DNA from: Octopus sinensis
Lineage: Eukaryota
Assembly: GCF_006345805.1 (NCBI RefSeq)
Contig: NC_043019.1
Location: forward strand, 11,717,360-11,781,359
Reading direction: 5' to 3'
Length of the DNA stretch: 64,000 bases
Part shown: piece by piece, positions 39,801 to 49,863 of the stretch
How the letters are laid out: the number at the start of each line of letters is the position of its first letter
How positions within the stretch are numbered: position 1 is the first letter of the stretch
Made by a program: the position numbers and the translations under genes
The notes under the pieces: generated by a model
Database searches by the model: none
The model's input: the letters and a program-made list of their open reading frames with translations, nothing else
What the model was told of the DNA's origin: nothing

Positions 39801-40211
39801 AAACAGAAACTGGCGGCCACTTCTCTAGAATTGAGCAAAGAACGGATGTCGCTACATCGGAAAACAGCTTTGTTGGATAGGTTCTGCGCCGATCTTATCG
39901 ACTGCACGTCCTTCATACAAGACCCGATGAGGTTAAAGAGCAGTATCAAAGCCCTCTATGCCAAATACATCGAGAGGAATGTCGATAAGATTGTCACTAC
40001 AGATCCCAACATACAGGTGGAATGGGGTCGGCAGCGGAACCATTTCGAATACAGCATACACAAACTGAAGCACCAGTTGAACCGCACCGTGAAAAACGCT
40101 TCTCTGGAGAATGAGGTCCTGGTAAATAAATGCAATAAAATGGGAGAAGTGTTGCAATTGGAGAGAGAAAAGAACCGTCGTTTGCTGTCTATAATGGAAC
40201 GAGCTAAATGA
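36834..40211 (+). CDS. CFAP57: Cilia- and flagella-associated protein 57 (WDR65)-like, intronless copy 1, 1125 aa
   Basis: Single 3378-nt ORF with N-terminal WD40 repeats and a long C-terminal coiled coil. Recognisable CFAP57 motifs: NVFYLDEQTILYP, KPLIATSSLDGSIKVWNYE, GFSDKLRFM, LKGHNGKV, DGAVYDW...CVLKSC, EEILIP.SDLEEKN...ELK.RVEEL.MENEYQ, IEEDADMEI. Confidence 0.92.
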   Translation: MSISTATIKYLIGINSDISSNVFYLDEQTILYPCGCYCVFYNTEQKTMRLLLASEKGAEITAMTISPNRSYTAVGLKYEKPSVNILDLFAFRKKKTLVCPELFSCKIVSLSFSSDSRCIIAICDDPSRTLLYWSWEKSRLLITAKVTNSAVPETLNFISFNPQDHLNVYAFGNGLLKSFRFVEGNLKQFNFPKIEPRDFKCYCWDANERLLVGTGNGRVLFIEGTDLRLDFNVFQYLNIPNDAARTHGVTAIVSYSKGFITACGTQYVQFFERVEDKDNYKFVRDVLLPSDTLDNNKLCDQVIKWMVVNPTEDVLVISTNMKQMYSTQVNPPETKYMKQTSVFDVLVQPFHYKSVTGCCVCSWKPLIATSSLDGSIKVWNYETFTLELSKDFSEEVYSISMHPMGLFLLAGFSDKLRFMYILRDDFKQFKEFSIRMCTHCNFSRGGHMFAAVNNNFIQVYSSITFEMLANLKGHNGKVQATAWCMDDNNLISCGLDGAVYDWELKTGKRIGQCVLKSCAYNDVIINFENKNFYAVGSDYSMKEIHESDILRTFPSGDVLFTSIALSWSNTMLFVGTNNGYIRSLEYPIMLPGRWLDYPCHSLDTTHMTFTTDDRYLISTSKDASIAIWKVNVAESRALKRDRSTIWSEEILIPRSDLEEKNSSLAELKSRVEELNMENEYQMHLKDMSYNDKIREMTETFIQEMENLKTKNQALQNDKTKQESRHDEIMTEMLEKHCRELQFIESANDKKLLEEYEKFKDLHNRLLRLQEEHDQQVQELEEKQELLQEQLTAHYEGKLQEVEKKLEQRLEDIMLQQKEYDEMKKQIEEDADMEIVYTKTDYEQQLYHERYSNSKIKDENSILKKKLLAFPKELKESKEECKKYKLEIKRLNIIIGNLEKDIQSLKKELQNQDHGLQDEEKRFYDLKLKNHEIEKLKCELEYNKIIELRQQIEQREVEISNMKEQIKAMQSELENFTQQFIIMDHTTAETKQKLAATSLELSKERMSLHRKTALLDRFCADLIDCTSFIQDPMRLKSSIKALYAKYIERNVDKIVTTDPNIQVEWGRQRNHFEYSIHKLKHQLNRTVKNASLENEVLVNKCNKMGEVLQLEREKNRRLLSIMERAK

Positions 40212-40367
40212 AAAAAAAACGAAAAACGAAAAAGAAAATGGATCTAATTTTTGATCATTGGACTTCAATCATTCAAACAAAACGAAACGAAACGGCCGGT
40301 TTTTACATTCAGCAATAAAAACCGTGCTGTTAAGTAATTACTATTTTAAAGGTTATTGTTATTAATT

Positions 40368-40373
40368 AATAAA
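40368..40373 (+). terminator. Polyadenylation signal of CFAP57 copy 1
   Basis: AATAAA in a 3'UTR block (tattgttatt..taataaagtcaa.ttca) conserved in all three copies, followed by T-rich sequence. Confidence 0.55.
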
Positions 40374-40428
40374 GTCAATTTCACTGAATTCTTTCACTTT
40401 ATTGTCTTTCATGCCATCGTTTTCATAC

Positions 40429-40429
<1 letters not shown>

Positions 40430-40459
<30 letters not shown>

Positions 40460-40870
40460 TGTATGTATGTATGTATGCATGTATGTATGTGTGTGTATGT
40501 ATGTGTGTATGTATGTATGTATGTGTGTGTATGTATATGTGTGTGTATGTATGTATGTGTGTATGTATGTTTGTATGTATGTCTGTGTGTATGTATGTAT
40601 GTATGTATGTAGTATGTATGTATGTATGTATGTATGTATGTGTGTGTGTATGTATGTATGTGTGTATGTATGTTTGTATGTATGTCTGTGTGTATGTATG
40701 TATGTATGTATGTATGTATGTATGTATGTGTGTGTGTATGTATGTGTGTGTGTATGTATGTGTGTATGTATGTATGTATGTATGTGTGTATGTATGTATG
40801 TATGAATGTATTTATGTATGTATGTATGTGTTGTATGTATGTATGTATGTATGTATATGTGTGTGTATAT
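40430..40870. repeat. (TATG)n/(TG)n microsatellite
   Basis: Direct reading. Confidence 0.95.
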
Positions 40871-41299
40871 GTTTGTCCCCCGAACATCGCTTGACAACCT
40901 ATGCTGGTGTGTTTACGTCCCCGTAACTTAGCGGTTCGGCAAAAGCAACGATAGAATAAGTACTAGGCTTCCAAAGAATAAGTCCTGGGGGTCGATTTGC
41001 TCGACTAAAGGCGGTGCTCCAGCATGGCCGCAGTCAAATGACCACAAATGTATTCTACTACACAAGTTAAAAAGGTTTCAGCTGCAAAGAAGTCTTTAGT
41101 TATAGGCTCTGGAATTCATTGACAAAATGAAAATCTTTAACGTAGAAAAAATTTTTCTTTTTAGCTTTCCACTTGTGATGAATGATAATGTAGAGGCAAT
41201 CCTGAAGTTGAACGTCGCGAAGCATTCAAAATACAAAATTCAATGGCTGTTGAAACGAAAGCTCTAGATCTTTTAGCTCGGGGTACCAATTTGTAAAGG

Positions 41300-41500
41300 A
41301 TCGTGTGATGAGAGATAACTGGTGGTAAGAATCACCCAAAGCAGCCACAAAGAAAGAAAGGCTCATAACAGGAACAGAAGAATTCTTTCCGGAGACGGCG
41401 AATGAGATAGTGTCTTCAATAAGCCGGCGTCCCCTAACGTCCACAAGGAGAGAATAGTGATGTAAGAAGTCAGCACTAAGAGATTTGGCTTTTATTTCTA
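41300..41500 (-). mobile_element. Degraded Ty3/Gypsy pol (protease C-terminal) relic
   Basis: Peptide LSADFLHHYSLLVDVRGRRLIE resembles the ILGADFL..F.LLVD....RL.D motif of Gypsy proteases. Confidence 0.5.
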
Positions 41501-41516
41501 GCATGTGGAGAGACAG

Positions 41517-41758
41517 GATCTTTTCCTTTTGAACGGCACATGTCAACACAATTTCTAGTTAACTAAGCACTTTAAAACTTCGTATACTGGTAGAATGTGT
41601 CAAAATAAAACATTATTTTCTCTTGGCTTTCTTGATAAAATTGTAATTCGTTTGTTTAACGTAGTTTAATTTTTCGAATTTTAACCAATCAATTGCCTCT
41701 AATTGAGCTAAAATCATTTGCTGCGTCTAAAACTGAGACAACATCCTGTCACTAACCT

Positions 41759-41789
<31 letters not shown>

Positions 41790-42368
41790 AACCCTAAATT
41801 TTAGCCTTTCGTTTTTTTTTTCTTAATTGTTAGATTAATTTAATTGTTACGCGTGTGTCTAAAATTATTCGTTTTGTTTTTGTTTTGAGTTTTTGCTTTC
41901 GTTTTAGCATTTCGTTATGTATACGTACAGAAAGCGTGTGTATAAAATTATAGAATTATTTTGTTTGTTAATTGTTTAAATTATTTTCCATTGCTTTCGT
42001 TTTAGCCTTTCGTGTTTTTTTTTTCTTAATTGTTATCCTTAAATTAATTTAACAATTAAGAAAAAAATACGAAAGGCTAAAATTTAGGGTTAGGGTGAGG
42101 GTGAGGGTTAGGGTTAGAGTTAGGGTTAGTGACAGGATGTTGTCTCAGTTTTAGACGCAGCAAATGATTTTAGCTCAATTAGAGGCAATTGATTGGTTAA
42201 AAATTCGAAAAATTAAACTACGTTAAACAAACGAATTACAATTTTATCAAGAAAGCCAAGAGAGAAAAAAAATGTTTTATTTTGACACATTCTACCAGTA
42301 TACGAAGTTTTAAAGTGTTTAGTTAACTAGAAATTGTGTTGGCATGTGCCGTTCAAAAGGAAAAGATC
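41517..42368. mobile_element. Fold-back element with ~330-bp terminal inverted repeats containing telomere-like (TTAGGG/TGAGGG)n tracts
   Basis: GATCTTTTCCTTTTGAACGGCACATG... / ...CATGTGCCGTTCAAAAGGAAAAGATC; (CCCTAA/CCCTCA)n at 41752-41797, (TTAGGG/TGAGGG)n at 42084-42129; no obvious TSD. Confidence 0.85.
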
Positions 42369-42593
42369 AAAGAGACTTTCTAAGCTTGACTTCATGCGCT
42401 GGTTGAAAATCAACTAAAAAAAAATTCTAGGGTCGATACATTCGACTAAAAATTCAGATCTAGCCTTTCTCATTCGCAAAATGAACCTCCCTTTAATTTT
42501 GCTCCGATTGCTTTCAATTTTGGTGTACCAATGCAACTCTGAATTTTGATTACGATCAACGAATTATTTTATCTCGTAAGTTAAAGAATTTGA

Positions 42594-43002
42594 GGCGATC
42601 TTTCGTCTCTAGTAGACCTTTCCGTCGATTTCCGTAAAATTTTTTTTTTTTTTACATATGGGCTTGCGGGAACTTTTGAAGTAATATACATACATATACA
42701 CATACACCGAGTAAAAAATTCCAGTTATCTTTCTTTCACACATTACTGTCTCTTCACACACACTAACAGAAGCACTTCACTTACACAACATACTGTCTGT
42801 CTCCCACACCCCATCAAACACACACATATACATCAATGCTCCCATGCACGGTAACTTCAAAAGAACTTCCCTCGTCATACAATCGCTTTCTCTTAGTCTC
42901 TTTCGCTCTCATTACTTCAAAAGTTCCCGCAAGCCCATATGTAAAAAAAATTTTTTTTTTACGGAAATCGACGGAAAGGTCAACTAGAGACGAAAGATTG
43001 CC
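42594..43002. mobile_element. MITE with ~90-bp TIRs and perfect 8-bp TSD (GAATTTGA), Merlin-like termini
   Basis: GGCGATCTTTCGTCTCTAGT... / ...ACTAGAGACGAAAGATTGCC; GAATTTGA at 42586-42593 and 43003-43010. Confidence 0.85.
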
Positions 43003-43184
43003 GAATTTGATGTTATTTGGAATTAAAGTTGGGAAATTTGTGCAATTTTAGCCAATCAACAGACAGCGAAGCATTAACAGCTTGTTACCACAACAAACGC
43101 ACGTTGTGTTGTTTTACCCGCTTGTATTGATTCTTCTTCACACTACGAGATTTACTTCACCCGCGTGTTTTATTTTAAGAAAGA

Positions 43185-43563
43185 CTAGCAGTATAGCCCA
43201 GCGTTGCTCGGGCTTGTTTTCTTTTCGACCCTTTAGAATTGGAATTTTTGAAAAGTAAAGATTTTGCATCAAGTGAACATTTTTCTGGTTGAAATACACC
43301 GAAAAATGGCGACACAGCAGTCAAAAAATCGTAAAAAAATAGGGATTTTCATAGAAAAAAAAGCACCTTTTTGATGCAAATAATTTTTGGTCTTGACATG
43401 GTCTGATTTGAATTTTATCTTCTACGGAATGAAGAGCAAGCCTTCTTCTATCATACTCTCAATTTTGGTCAACTTGCGCCGCAGGGTCTCGGAGGAGATA
43501 GTGTTAGTTGAAGGCTACCAAACCTGCCACTCACAGACAACTTCAGCTTTATATATTTAGAGA
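43185..43563 (-). mobile_element. Non-autonomous Helitron (different internal sequence)
   Basis: Plus strand begins ACTAGCAGTATAGCCCAGCGTTGCTCGGG and ends caacttcagctttatatatttagagat, i.e. a TC...CTAG element on the minus strand. Confidence 0.75.
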
Positions 43564-43999
43564 TTAGAATGGGACAAGTTTAAATGAGAGTTTTTCTTTC
43601 TCCTCCTTTCCCTCTTACACCTCCGCTTTGTTCATTAAACTCTATCTTATCTTTCGACTTCCCTCCCTTTCCTTCATCTCACTCCCCTCATTCCATCACT
43701 CTTTTAGTTTCCCTTTTCACACTGTTTTTCCTCCCACTTCTGGTTTACGTATGAAGCTCACGTGGTCCTGCGTTCCTTCTCAGTGACTGCCATTTTTAAA
43801 AAAAATTTGCTGATGTAAAATTCTGTTGTCTTTTATAAATTTCTTTTCTTTCAAATTTTCCCCGAAAAAGGATTCTGTTCAAAACTGGATTTTCCACTCT
43901 CCACGGCAAGTTCACTGCATTTTTATTGGTTTTAGTGTAAAAGTCTTGCCGACGCATGCCAACAACAGCCTCTTTTGAGTCTGTTTGACAATATACATA

Positions 44000-44079
<80 letters not shown>

Positions 44080-44099
44080 TCGCTTCTCTATTTTCTTAT

Positions 44100-45230
44100 T
44101 TGCTATGCCCCACGGAGCTCATCTCAAAATACCTCGACCGTGTCCTTGCCCCCCCCTAGTGGCGTCTCTTCCCTCCAACATCCACGACACCAACCATGCT
44201 CTCCGGCTTTTCCACTCTTTCTCCTTTCCTCCCGGCTCCTCCAAAATACTTTTTACAATGGATATCCAGAGCCTCTATACCGTCATCCCTCACCACGAAG
44301 GACTGTGGGCACTTCAACACTTTCTCGACCGCCGCCCCAACCCCGAACCCGACACCTCCACACTCATTCGTCTGGCCGAACTTGTCCTTTCTCTTAACTG
44401 CTTTTCGTTCGCGGGCGAGTTCTACCAATAGTTCTCGGGAGTGGCCATGGGAACGCGAATGGGCCCCAACTATGCGAACCTGTTCGTTGGCTATGTTGAG
44501 GCCCAAATATTCTCTAGTTTCACTGGTCCCACTCCCGAACTATACGGTCGTTACATTGACGTCATTATCGGTGCCACCTCACTCTCCCGTGAACATCTAG
44601 ATTCCTTCCTCTCTTTCGTTGAATCCTTCCATCCTGCCCTCCACTTCACCTCCACTATCTCCAACACCTCTATCTCCTTCCTCGACATTTCGGTCAGCAT
44701 TCATCACTCCACTCTTACCACCTCCATTCACTACAAACACACAGACTCACACTCATACCTAAACTTCTCTTCCTCCCACCCCAAACACACCAAGCTTTCC
44801 CTTCCCTATTCCCAATTCCTCCGTCTACGTAGGCTCTGTAGTGACGACCATGACTTTGAGACTCAGTCTCAACTCATGGCTCGCCACTTCATCCTACGTG
44901 GATACCCCCTCACCACTATCCACACCGCCCTTTCCAGAGCACGTTCCGTAGACCGTGCATCTGCTCTCTCCCCCCGAACCCGCCCTGTAGTCTCCCGCCT
45001 CCTTTTCCCCCTCACTTACCACCCCACGACCCTACCTCTCCAACGCACCATTCTTCGAGCTTTCCGGCATCTCCAGTCCGACCCGTCCACTTCACACCTC
45101 TTCCCTAACCGACCCCTCCCCTCCTTCAAACGAGCCCATAACCTACGAGACCTCTTGGTCTACAGCTCCTTCCCTGACTCTACCTCCCAACCTGGCTCGT
45201 TCCCCTGCTCCCGCCCACGTTGCCGCTCAC
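44100..45230 (+). mobile_element. Decayed Penelope-like retroelement (PLE) reverse transcriptase fragment
   Basis: Peptides FTMDIQSLYTVIPH, LAELVLSLNCFSF, GVAMGTRMGPNYANLF, YGRYID(V), SFLDI, KHTDSHSYL..SSSHP, SQFLRLRRLCS are PLE-RT hallmarks; in-frame TAG at 44429-31; truncated before the GIY-YIG domain; preceded by (CT)n. Confidence 0.88.
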
Positions 45231-45415
45231 TGGCACCCATCATCTTCCTCTCTTGCCACTGACCATTCCGAGCATGATGTCCTTCTCCAGGGATTTTCTC
45301 GCATAATATGATCGAAATATGCCAATCTATGCTTGGTGATCCTAGCTTCTAGCGACATTTTCGGCCTGATCTACTTAAGAACTTCTCCATTGGTGAGGCT
45401 CGCTGTCCATGGAAA

Positions 45416-45799
45416 TCTCTCTATATATAAACGGCAGTTTGTCTGTGTGTGTTTCTGTGTGTCTGTTTGGTTGTACCCTCACCCTGACCACGGATTTCAA
45501 CCGATTCTGATGAAACTTGACACACACATAGCCCAATGTCATAATTCAAAACTAACGCAGCGAAAATTTTGAAAAGTTCCCCCAGTTCTGAAAAAGATCG
45601 ATAAATTCGACATGGGGTCGACAATCAGAAACACAAACCACAGATGGTCTAGGGGACGCAACTCGACCTTTTTAACTATCAAAAAAAATTTACCATAATT
45701 TTTTTCCCATTTTTTTGCTATTTTTTGGCTATAACTCTCTAAAAATGCTTTATAGTTATTTCCCTTACAAACTCGAGCAACGCCGGGCGATACTGCTAG
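45416..45799 (+). mobile_element. Non-autonomous Helitron
   Basis: A|TC...CTAG|T insertion, subterminal hairpin CTCGAGCAACGCCGGG about 9 nt before CTAG, no TSD. Confidence 0.8.
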
Positions 45800-46196
45800 T
45801 AATTATATACATGTAAGGTTGTTTGGACCGAACTCTTCCACCGTTGCTACGTCCTATGTCAGCAACGGTGGAAAAGTTCGGTCCAAACGACCTTACAAGT
45901 ATATAATTATTGATAAATTTAAGTCTTCTTCCTCTGAAACCTGCATAAATCAATAATATTTTATTTTGGAATCGTTTAACAATGGTTTTTATTGTTGCAT
46001 TTGCAATGCAGTCAAGTATGCAAATGTGTGCGTACGTGTGTGTGTGTTTGTATGTGTTTCTATATTTGTGTGTTTCTTTCTATATGTGTGTTTGTGTGCG
46101 TGTGTGTGTAGTATGACGAAATTACGAAAAAAAAAAGTAGAGAAAGTAAGGAATGAATAAAGACACGAAAGAGTATAAAAAGGCCGTCATTTGGAC

Positions 46197-46218
46197 CACG
46201 TGACCAGCATTATTTAAA
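46197..46218 (+). promoter_or_regulatory. Candidate core promoter of CFAP57 copy 2: CACGTGAC + TATA-like TATTTAAA
   Basis: CACGTGAC 46197-46204 and TATTTAAA 46211-46218; same motifs and spacing as upstream of copy 3. Confidence 0.5.
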
Positions 46219-46296
46219 GCCTCGCTTTCGGATTTCCATCACCATAACACATCGTCCTAGGAACAGCAATCAGGTAAGTTAGGGAAAAGTTTTCGA

Positions 46297-49200
46297 ATGG
46301 CTTTCTCTTCAAAAGTGATTTTAAAATATTTGATTGGAATCAGTTCGGATATTTCTAACAATGTTTTTTATTTCGACAAACAAACGATCCTTTATCCGTG
46401 TGGTTGTTACTGTGTTTTTTATAACACCCAACACAAAACAATGAGGATGCTCAAAGTATCAGAGAAAGGATTTGAAATAACTGCCATGGCTTTAAGTCCG
46501 AATCGAAACTTTTTAGCTTTTGCTTATAAATGCGAGAAACCATTTGTAAATATTTTTGATATATTCAGGTTACAGAAACAGAAGACCTTATTTTGCCAAG
46601 AATTAAACACTTGTTCGATCGTTAGTTTGTGTTTTTCATCTGATTCTCGATATGTCGTAGCCATATGTGACGACCCATCAGCAACCCTCCTTTACTGGTC
46701 ATGGGAAAAAATGCAAGAACCCATTTCGGTCAAGGTGACGGCTTCACGAGAACCAAAGACTCTTCATCATGTGAGCTTTGATCCTCTCGATCATCTCAAC
46801 GTGTATGTGTTTGGCAATCGTCTTCTTAAATTGTTCCGTTTCGTAGGAAACAGGCACAAACAGTTCACTTTCCCTAAGATTGTACCTCAAGATTTCAAAT
46901 GCTATTCCTGGAAAGCGGACCGTCTTTTGGTGGGTACGGACAGCGGTCGAGTGTTATGTATTGAAGGTAGGTATTTAAAACTTGATTTTAACGTATTCCG
47001 ATATTTGAATCCTCCAAACAATGCCGCAAGGATGCTTGGAGTGACGGCAATTGTTAGTTATTCTAAAGGATTTATTACTGCGTGTGGTACACAATCTGTG
47101 CAGTTTTTTGAAAGCAATATTCATGACGATAATTACAAGTTTGTTAGGAATGTTTTGCTACCGTCAGATACATTGGAGAATAACAAACTGTGCGACCAGA
47201 TTATAAAATGGATGGTGATGAATCCAACGGATGATGTTCTCGTTATTAGCACCAACATGAAACAACTGTATTCTACACCAGTTCATCCAACAAAACATAA
47301 AGTAACTGTGTTTGAGGTTTTAGTACAACCTTTCCATTATAAATCTATCACTGGATGTTGTGTCTGTTTGTGGAAACCTCTCATTGCAACCAGCTCTCTG
47401 GACGGTTCCATAAAAGTGTGGAGCCGCGAAACGTTTACCTTAGAATTTTCTAAAAACTTTTCAAAAGAAGTATACAGCATATCTATGCACCCAACGGGAC
47501 TATTTCTTCTGGCAGGTTTCAGCCACAAATTACGTTTCATGTATATTCTTAGGGACAGTTTCAAACCGTTTAGAGATATCGACATCCACATGTGTACACA
47601 TTGCAACTTCAGTCGAGGTGGCCACATGTTCGCGGCGGTCAACAACAACTTTATACAGGTATACTCGTCGATTACTTTCGAAATGGTGGCCAACCTGAAA
47701 GGTCACACCGGCAAAGTTCAAGCTACCGCTTGGTGTATAGGTGATAATAATCTAATCTCATGCGGCTTGGATGGAGCAGTTTATGAATGGGAAATAAAAA
47801 GCGAGAAGCTAATCCGTAAGTGTGTCTTGAAATCCTGTGCCTGTAACGATGTTGCCATTAACACCGAGTACAAAAAACTATATGTGGCAAGCTCGGATCA
47901 TTCTTTGAGAGAAATAACCAAATCGCATATAATGCAAACGTTTCCATCGAGTAAGTTTCTTTTCACATCAGTTGCTATGTCTTGGTCCAATACAATGTTA
48001 TTTGTAGGAACTAATAATGGTTATATAAGAAGCTTGGAGTACCCTCCAACACAAATTGGAAAATGGAGTAATTATCCTTGTCATAGCCTCGGAATAACGC
48101 ACATGATTTTCACGACTGATGATCGATACTTAATTTCAACATCAAGAGATGCTTCAATTGCAATATGGAAGGTTAATGATGATGAAGATGGGAGTTTGAA
48201 AATCGACCAGGGTACCGTTTATCCTAAATTGATTTTAATTCCAAAATCTGATGTGGAAAAAAAAAATTGTCTAATTTCAAAGCTGGAAATCCGCATTGAA
48301 GAACTTGAAAAGGAAATAGAACACAGAAGGCGCCTTAAAATCTTGAACTACAACAACAGAATAAATGCGATGTATGAATATAATAATAGAAAAATAGAAA
48401 ATTTGAAAATCAAAAATGAAATTCTAGAGAATAATAAAAGCAAACAAGAAGCGGAATACACTGAACAAATATCACATATTAAGGAAAAGCAGAGCCAAAA
48501 TCTGCAGTTAATCGAATCTGTTACCGATAAGAAGTTACTGAAAGAAGACGAAAATGTTAAGACTATTCCAAACATGTTAATAGCAGTAGAAGAGAAAAAC
48601 AAACGAGAGATAAAAGAACTGGAAGAAAAGCAAGAAATTCTACTTGACCAGTTGATAGAAGAGTACGAAGGGAAGCTTGTAGATTTAGAGAAGAAAAGGG
48701 AACAGTGCACCGAAAATATTTTACTGCAGCAGAAAGAATTTGAAGAAATGCAGAATCTGATCGAAATTGATGCCGAAATGGAGTTCGTTTCTAGAAAAAC
48801 TGATTTCGAACGATTATTGTTTCAAGAAAGACATTTTGCTTCTAAACTAAAAGACGAAAATAGTGTTTTGAAGAAAGAGGTCTTAGATTTCTCCACAAAA
48901 CTAAAAATACATGATGAAGACCGTGACAACTACAAACTGAGAATTGAGGTATTGAACACTGTCGTAGATAAGAAGCAGAATTGGATAGATTATTTGCAGG
49001 AAGTTCTGCAGCTTCGAGATCGAAAGCCACAGGGTGAAGAGAAACATTTCTATGATATGGTGCTGGAGAACGCAAGAATCGTGAAATTGAAAACTGACCT
49101 GGAATTGAAACATATTATCGAACTGAGACAGCATTTACAAGAGAGGGAGGCTGAAATCAATGCCATGAGGGCGACATTCGAGATTATGCAATGTCAACTG

Positions 49201-49701
49201 GAGAAAATCACACATCAGTTACACATTGTGGACTTCTCGGCAAGGGAAACGAAACAGAAACTAGTGGCTACCTCTCGAAAACTGGACAGAATACGTAAAA
49301 CACTGAGCCAAAAATCGGCCGTGTTACACACGTTCTACTCCGACCTTATAGGCTGCATATCCTTCATAGATGATCATCAGAAACTGAAGGGCAGCATCAT
49401 AGCTCTTTGTGAAAAATACAACCAGAAGAATATCAAAAAGATCATCGCATCATACAAAAACCGAATCGCCAACATACATAAGAAATGGGATCGGCAGCGG
49501 TACAATTTCGAATACATGGTACACAAACTGAAGATTGAGACTAAGGCCACCGTGAAAAAGTGCACTCTACAGAATTGTCTGCTAACAGCCAAAATCAATA
49601 ACAATCGAGGAAAGTTGTTGTTGGAGAGAGAAAAAGAACCGTTTTTTGCAGTCTTAAAAAGCCTCTCGGTAGAATTGTCTGCTAACAGCCAAAAGCAATA
49701 A
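46297..49701 (+). CDS. CFAP57: CFAP57-like, intronless copy 2, 1134 aa
   Basis: Single ORF collinear with copy 1 throughout; WD40 core near-identical, coiled coil diverged; the last residues derive from an internal tandem duplication. Confidence 0.9.
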   Translation: MAFSSKVILKYLIGISSDISNNVFYFDKQTILYPCGCYCVFYNTQHKTMRMLKVSEKGFEITAMALSPNRNFLAFAYKCEKPFVNIFDIFRLQKQKTLFCQELNTCSIVSLCFSSDSRYVVAICDDPSATLLYWSWEKMQEPISVKVTASREPKTLHHVSFDPLDHLNVYVFGNRLLKLFRFVGNRHKQFTFPKIVPQDFKCYSWKADRLLVGTDSGRVLCIEGRYLKLDFNVFRYLNPPNNAARMLGVTAIVSYSKGFITACGTQSVQFFESNIHDDNYKFVRNVLLPSDTLENNKLCDQIIKWMVMNPTDDVLVISTNMKQLYSTPVHPTKHKVTVFEVLVQPFHYKSITGCCVCLWKPLIATSSLDGSIKVWSRETFTLEFSKNFSKEVYSISMHPTGLFLLAGFSHKLRFMYILRDSFKPFRDIDIHMCTHCNFSRGGHMFAAVNNNFIQVYSSITFEMVANLKGHTGKVQATAWCIGDNNLISCGLDGAVYEWEIKSEKLIRKCVLKSCACNDVAINTEYKKLYVASSDHSLREITKSHIMQTFPSSKFLFTSVAMSWSNTMLFVGTNNGYIRSLEYPPTQIGKWSNYPCHSLGITHMIFTTDDRYLISTSRDASIAIWKVNDDEDGSLKIDQGTVYPKLILIPKSDVEKKNCLISKLEIRIEELEKEIEHRRRLKILNYNNRINAMYEYNNRKIENLKIKNEILENNKSKQEAEYTEQISHIKEKQSQNLQLIESVTDKKLLKEDENVKTIPNMLIAVEEKNKREIKELEEKQEILLDQLIEEYEGKLVDLEKKREQCTENILLQQKEFEEMQNLIEIDAEMEFVSRKTDFERLLFQERHFASKLKDENSVLKKEVLDFSTKLKIHDEDRDNYKLRIEVLNTVVDKKQNWIDYLQEVLQLRDRKPQGEEKHFYDMVLENARIVKLKTDLELKHIIELRQHLQEREAEINAMRATFEIMQCQLEKITHQLHIVDFSARETKQKLVATSRKLDRIRKTLSQKSAVLHTFYSDLIGCISFIDDHQKLKGSIIALCEKYNQKNIKKIIASYKNRIANIHKKWDRQRYNFEYMVHKLKIETKATVKKCTLQNCLLTAKINNNRGKLLLEREKEPFFAVLKSLSVELSANSQKQ

Positions 49702-49863
49702 AATTCCAGGAAAGTTTTCGCTGGAGAAAATAACCGTCTTTTACTGTCTTAAAAGGCATCTCTGTTGAATTGTCAGCTAGCAACCAAAAGCAATAAGATG
49801 CAAGGAATAAGAGAGAGAAAAGATTTTTTTTTTTTTGTCTTTTAAATGGAGTGAGAGAAATGA
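49571..49863 (+). repeat. Three imperfect ~95-100-bp tandem copies of the 3' end of CFAP57 copy 2
   Basis: Unit starts (a/t)gaattgtc.gcta.ca.ccaaaa at 49571, 49671 and 49766; the third unit ends with the ancestral-type gagagaaatga end. Confidence 0.8.

Noticed and set aside
37973-39949. Antisense ORFs overlapping the CFAP57 genes (repeated in copies 2 and 3)
   Set aside because: Short shadows of the sense coding frame; they recur only because the genes are paralogous.
40110-40135. Idea that the CFAP57 ORFs are protocadherin-style variable exons spliced to shared downstream constant exons
   Set aside because: The possible donor CTG|gtaaat in copy 1 is not conserved in copies 2 and 3, and each copy has its own stop and conserved AATAAA.
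40356-40926. MYVC/HTYI-repeat ORFs (also 52784-53536, 26081-26566, 4341-4853)
   Set aside because: Tetra- and dinucleotide microsatellite artefacts.
41752-42129. Telomere fusion or true chromosome end
   Set aside because: Tracts are short, degenerate and symmetric parts of the TIRs of one element.
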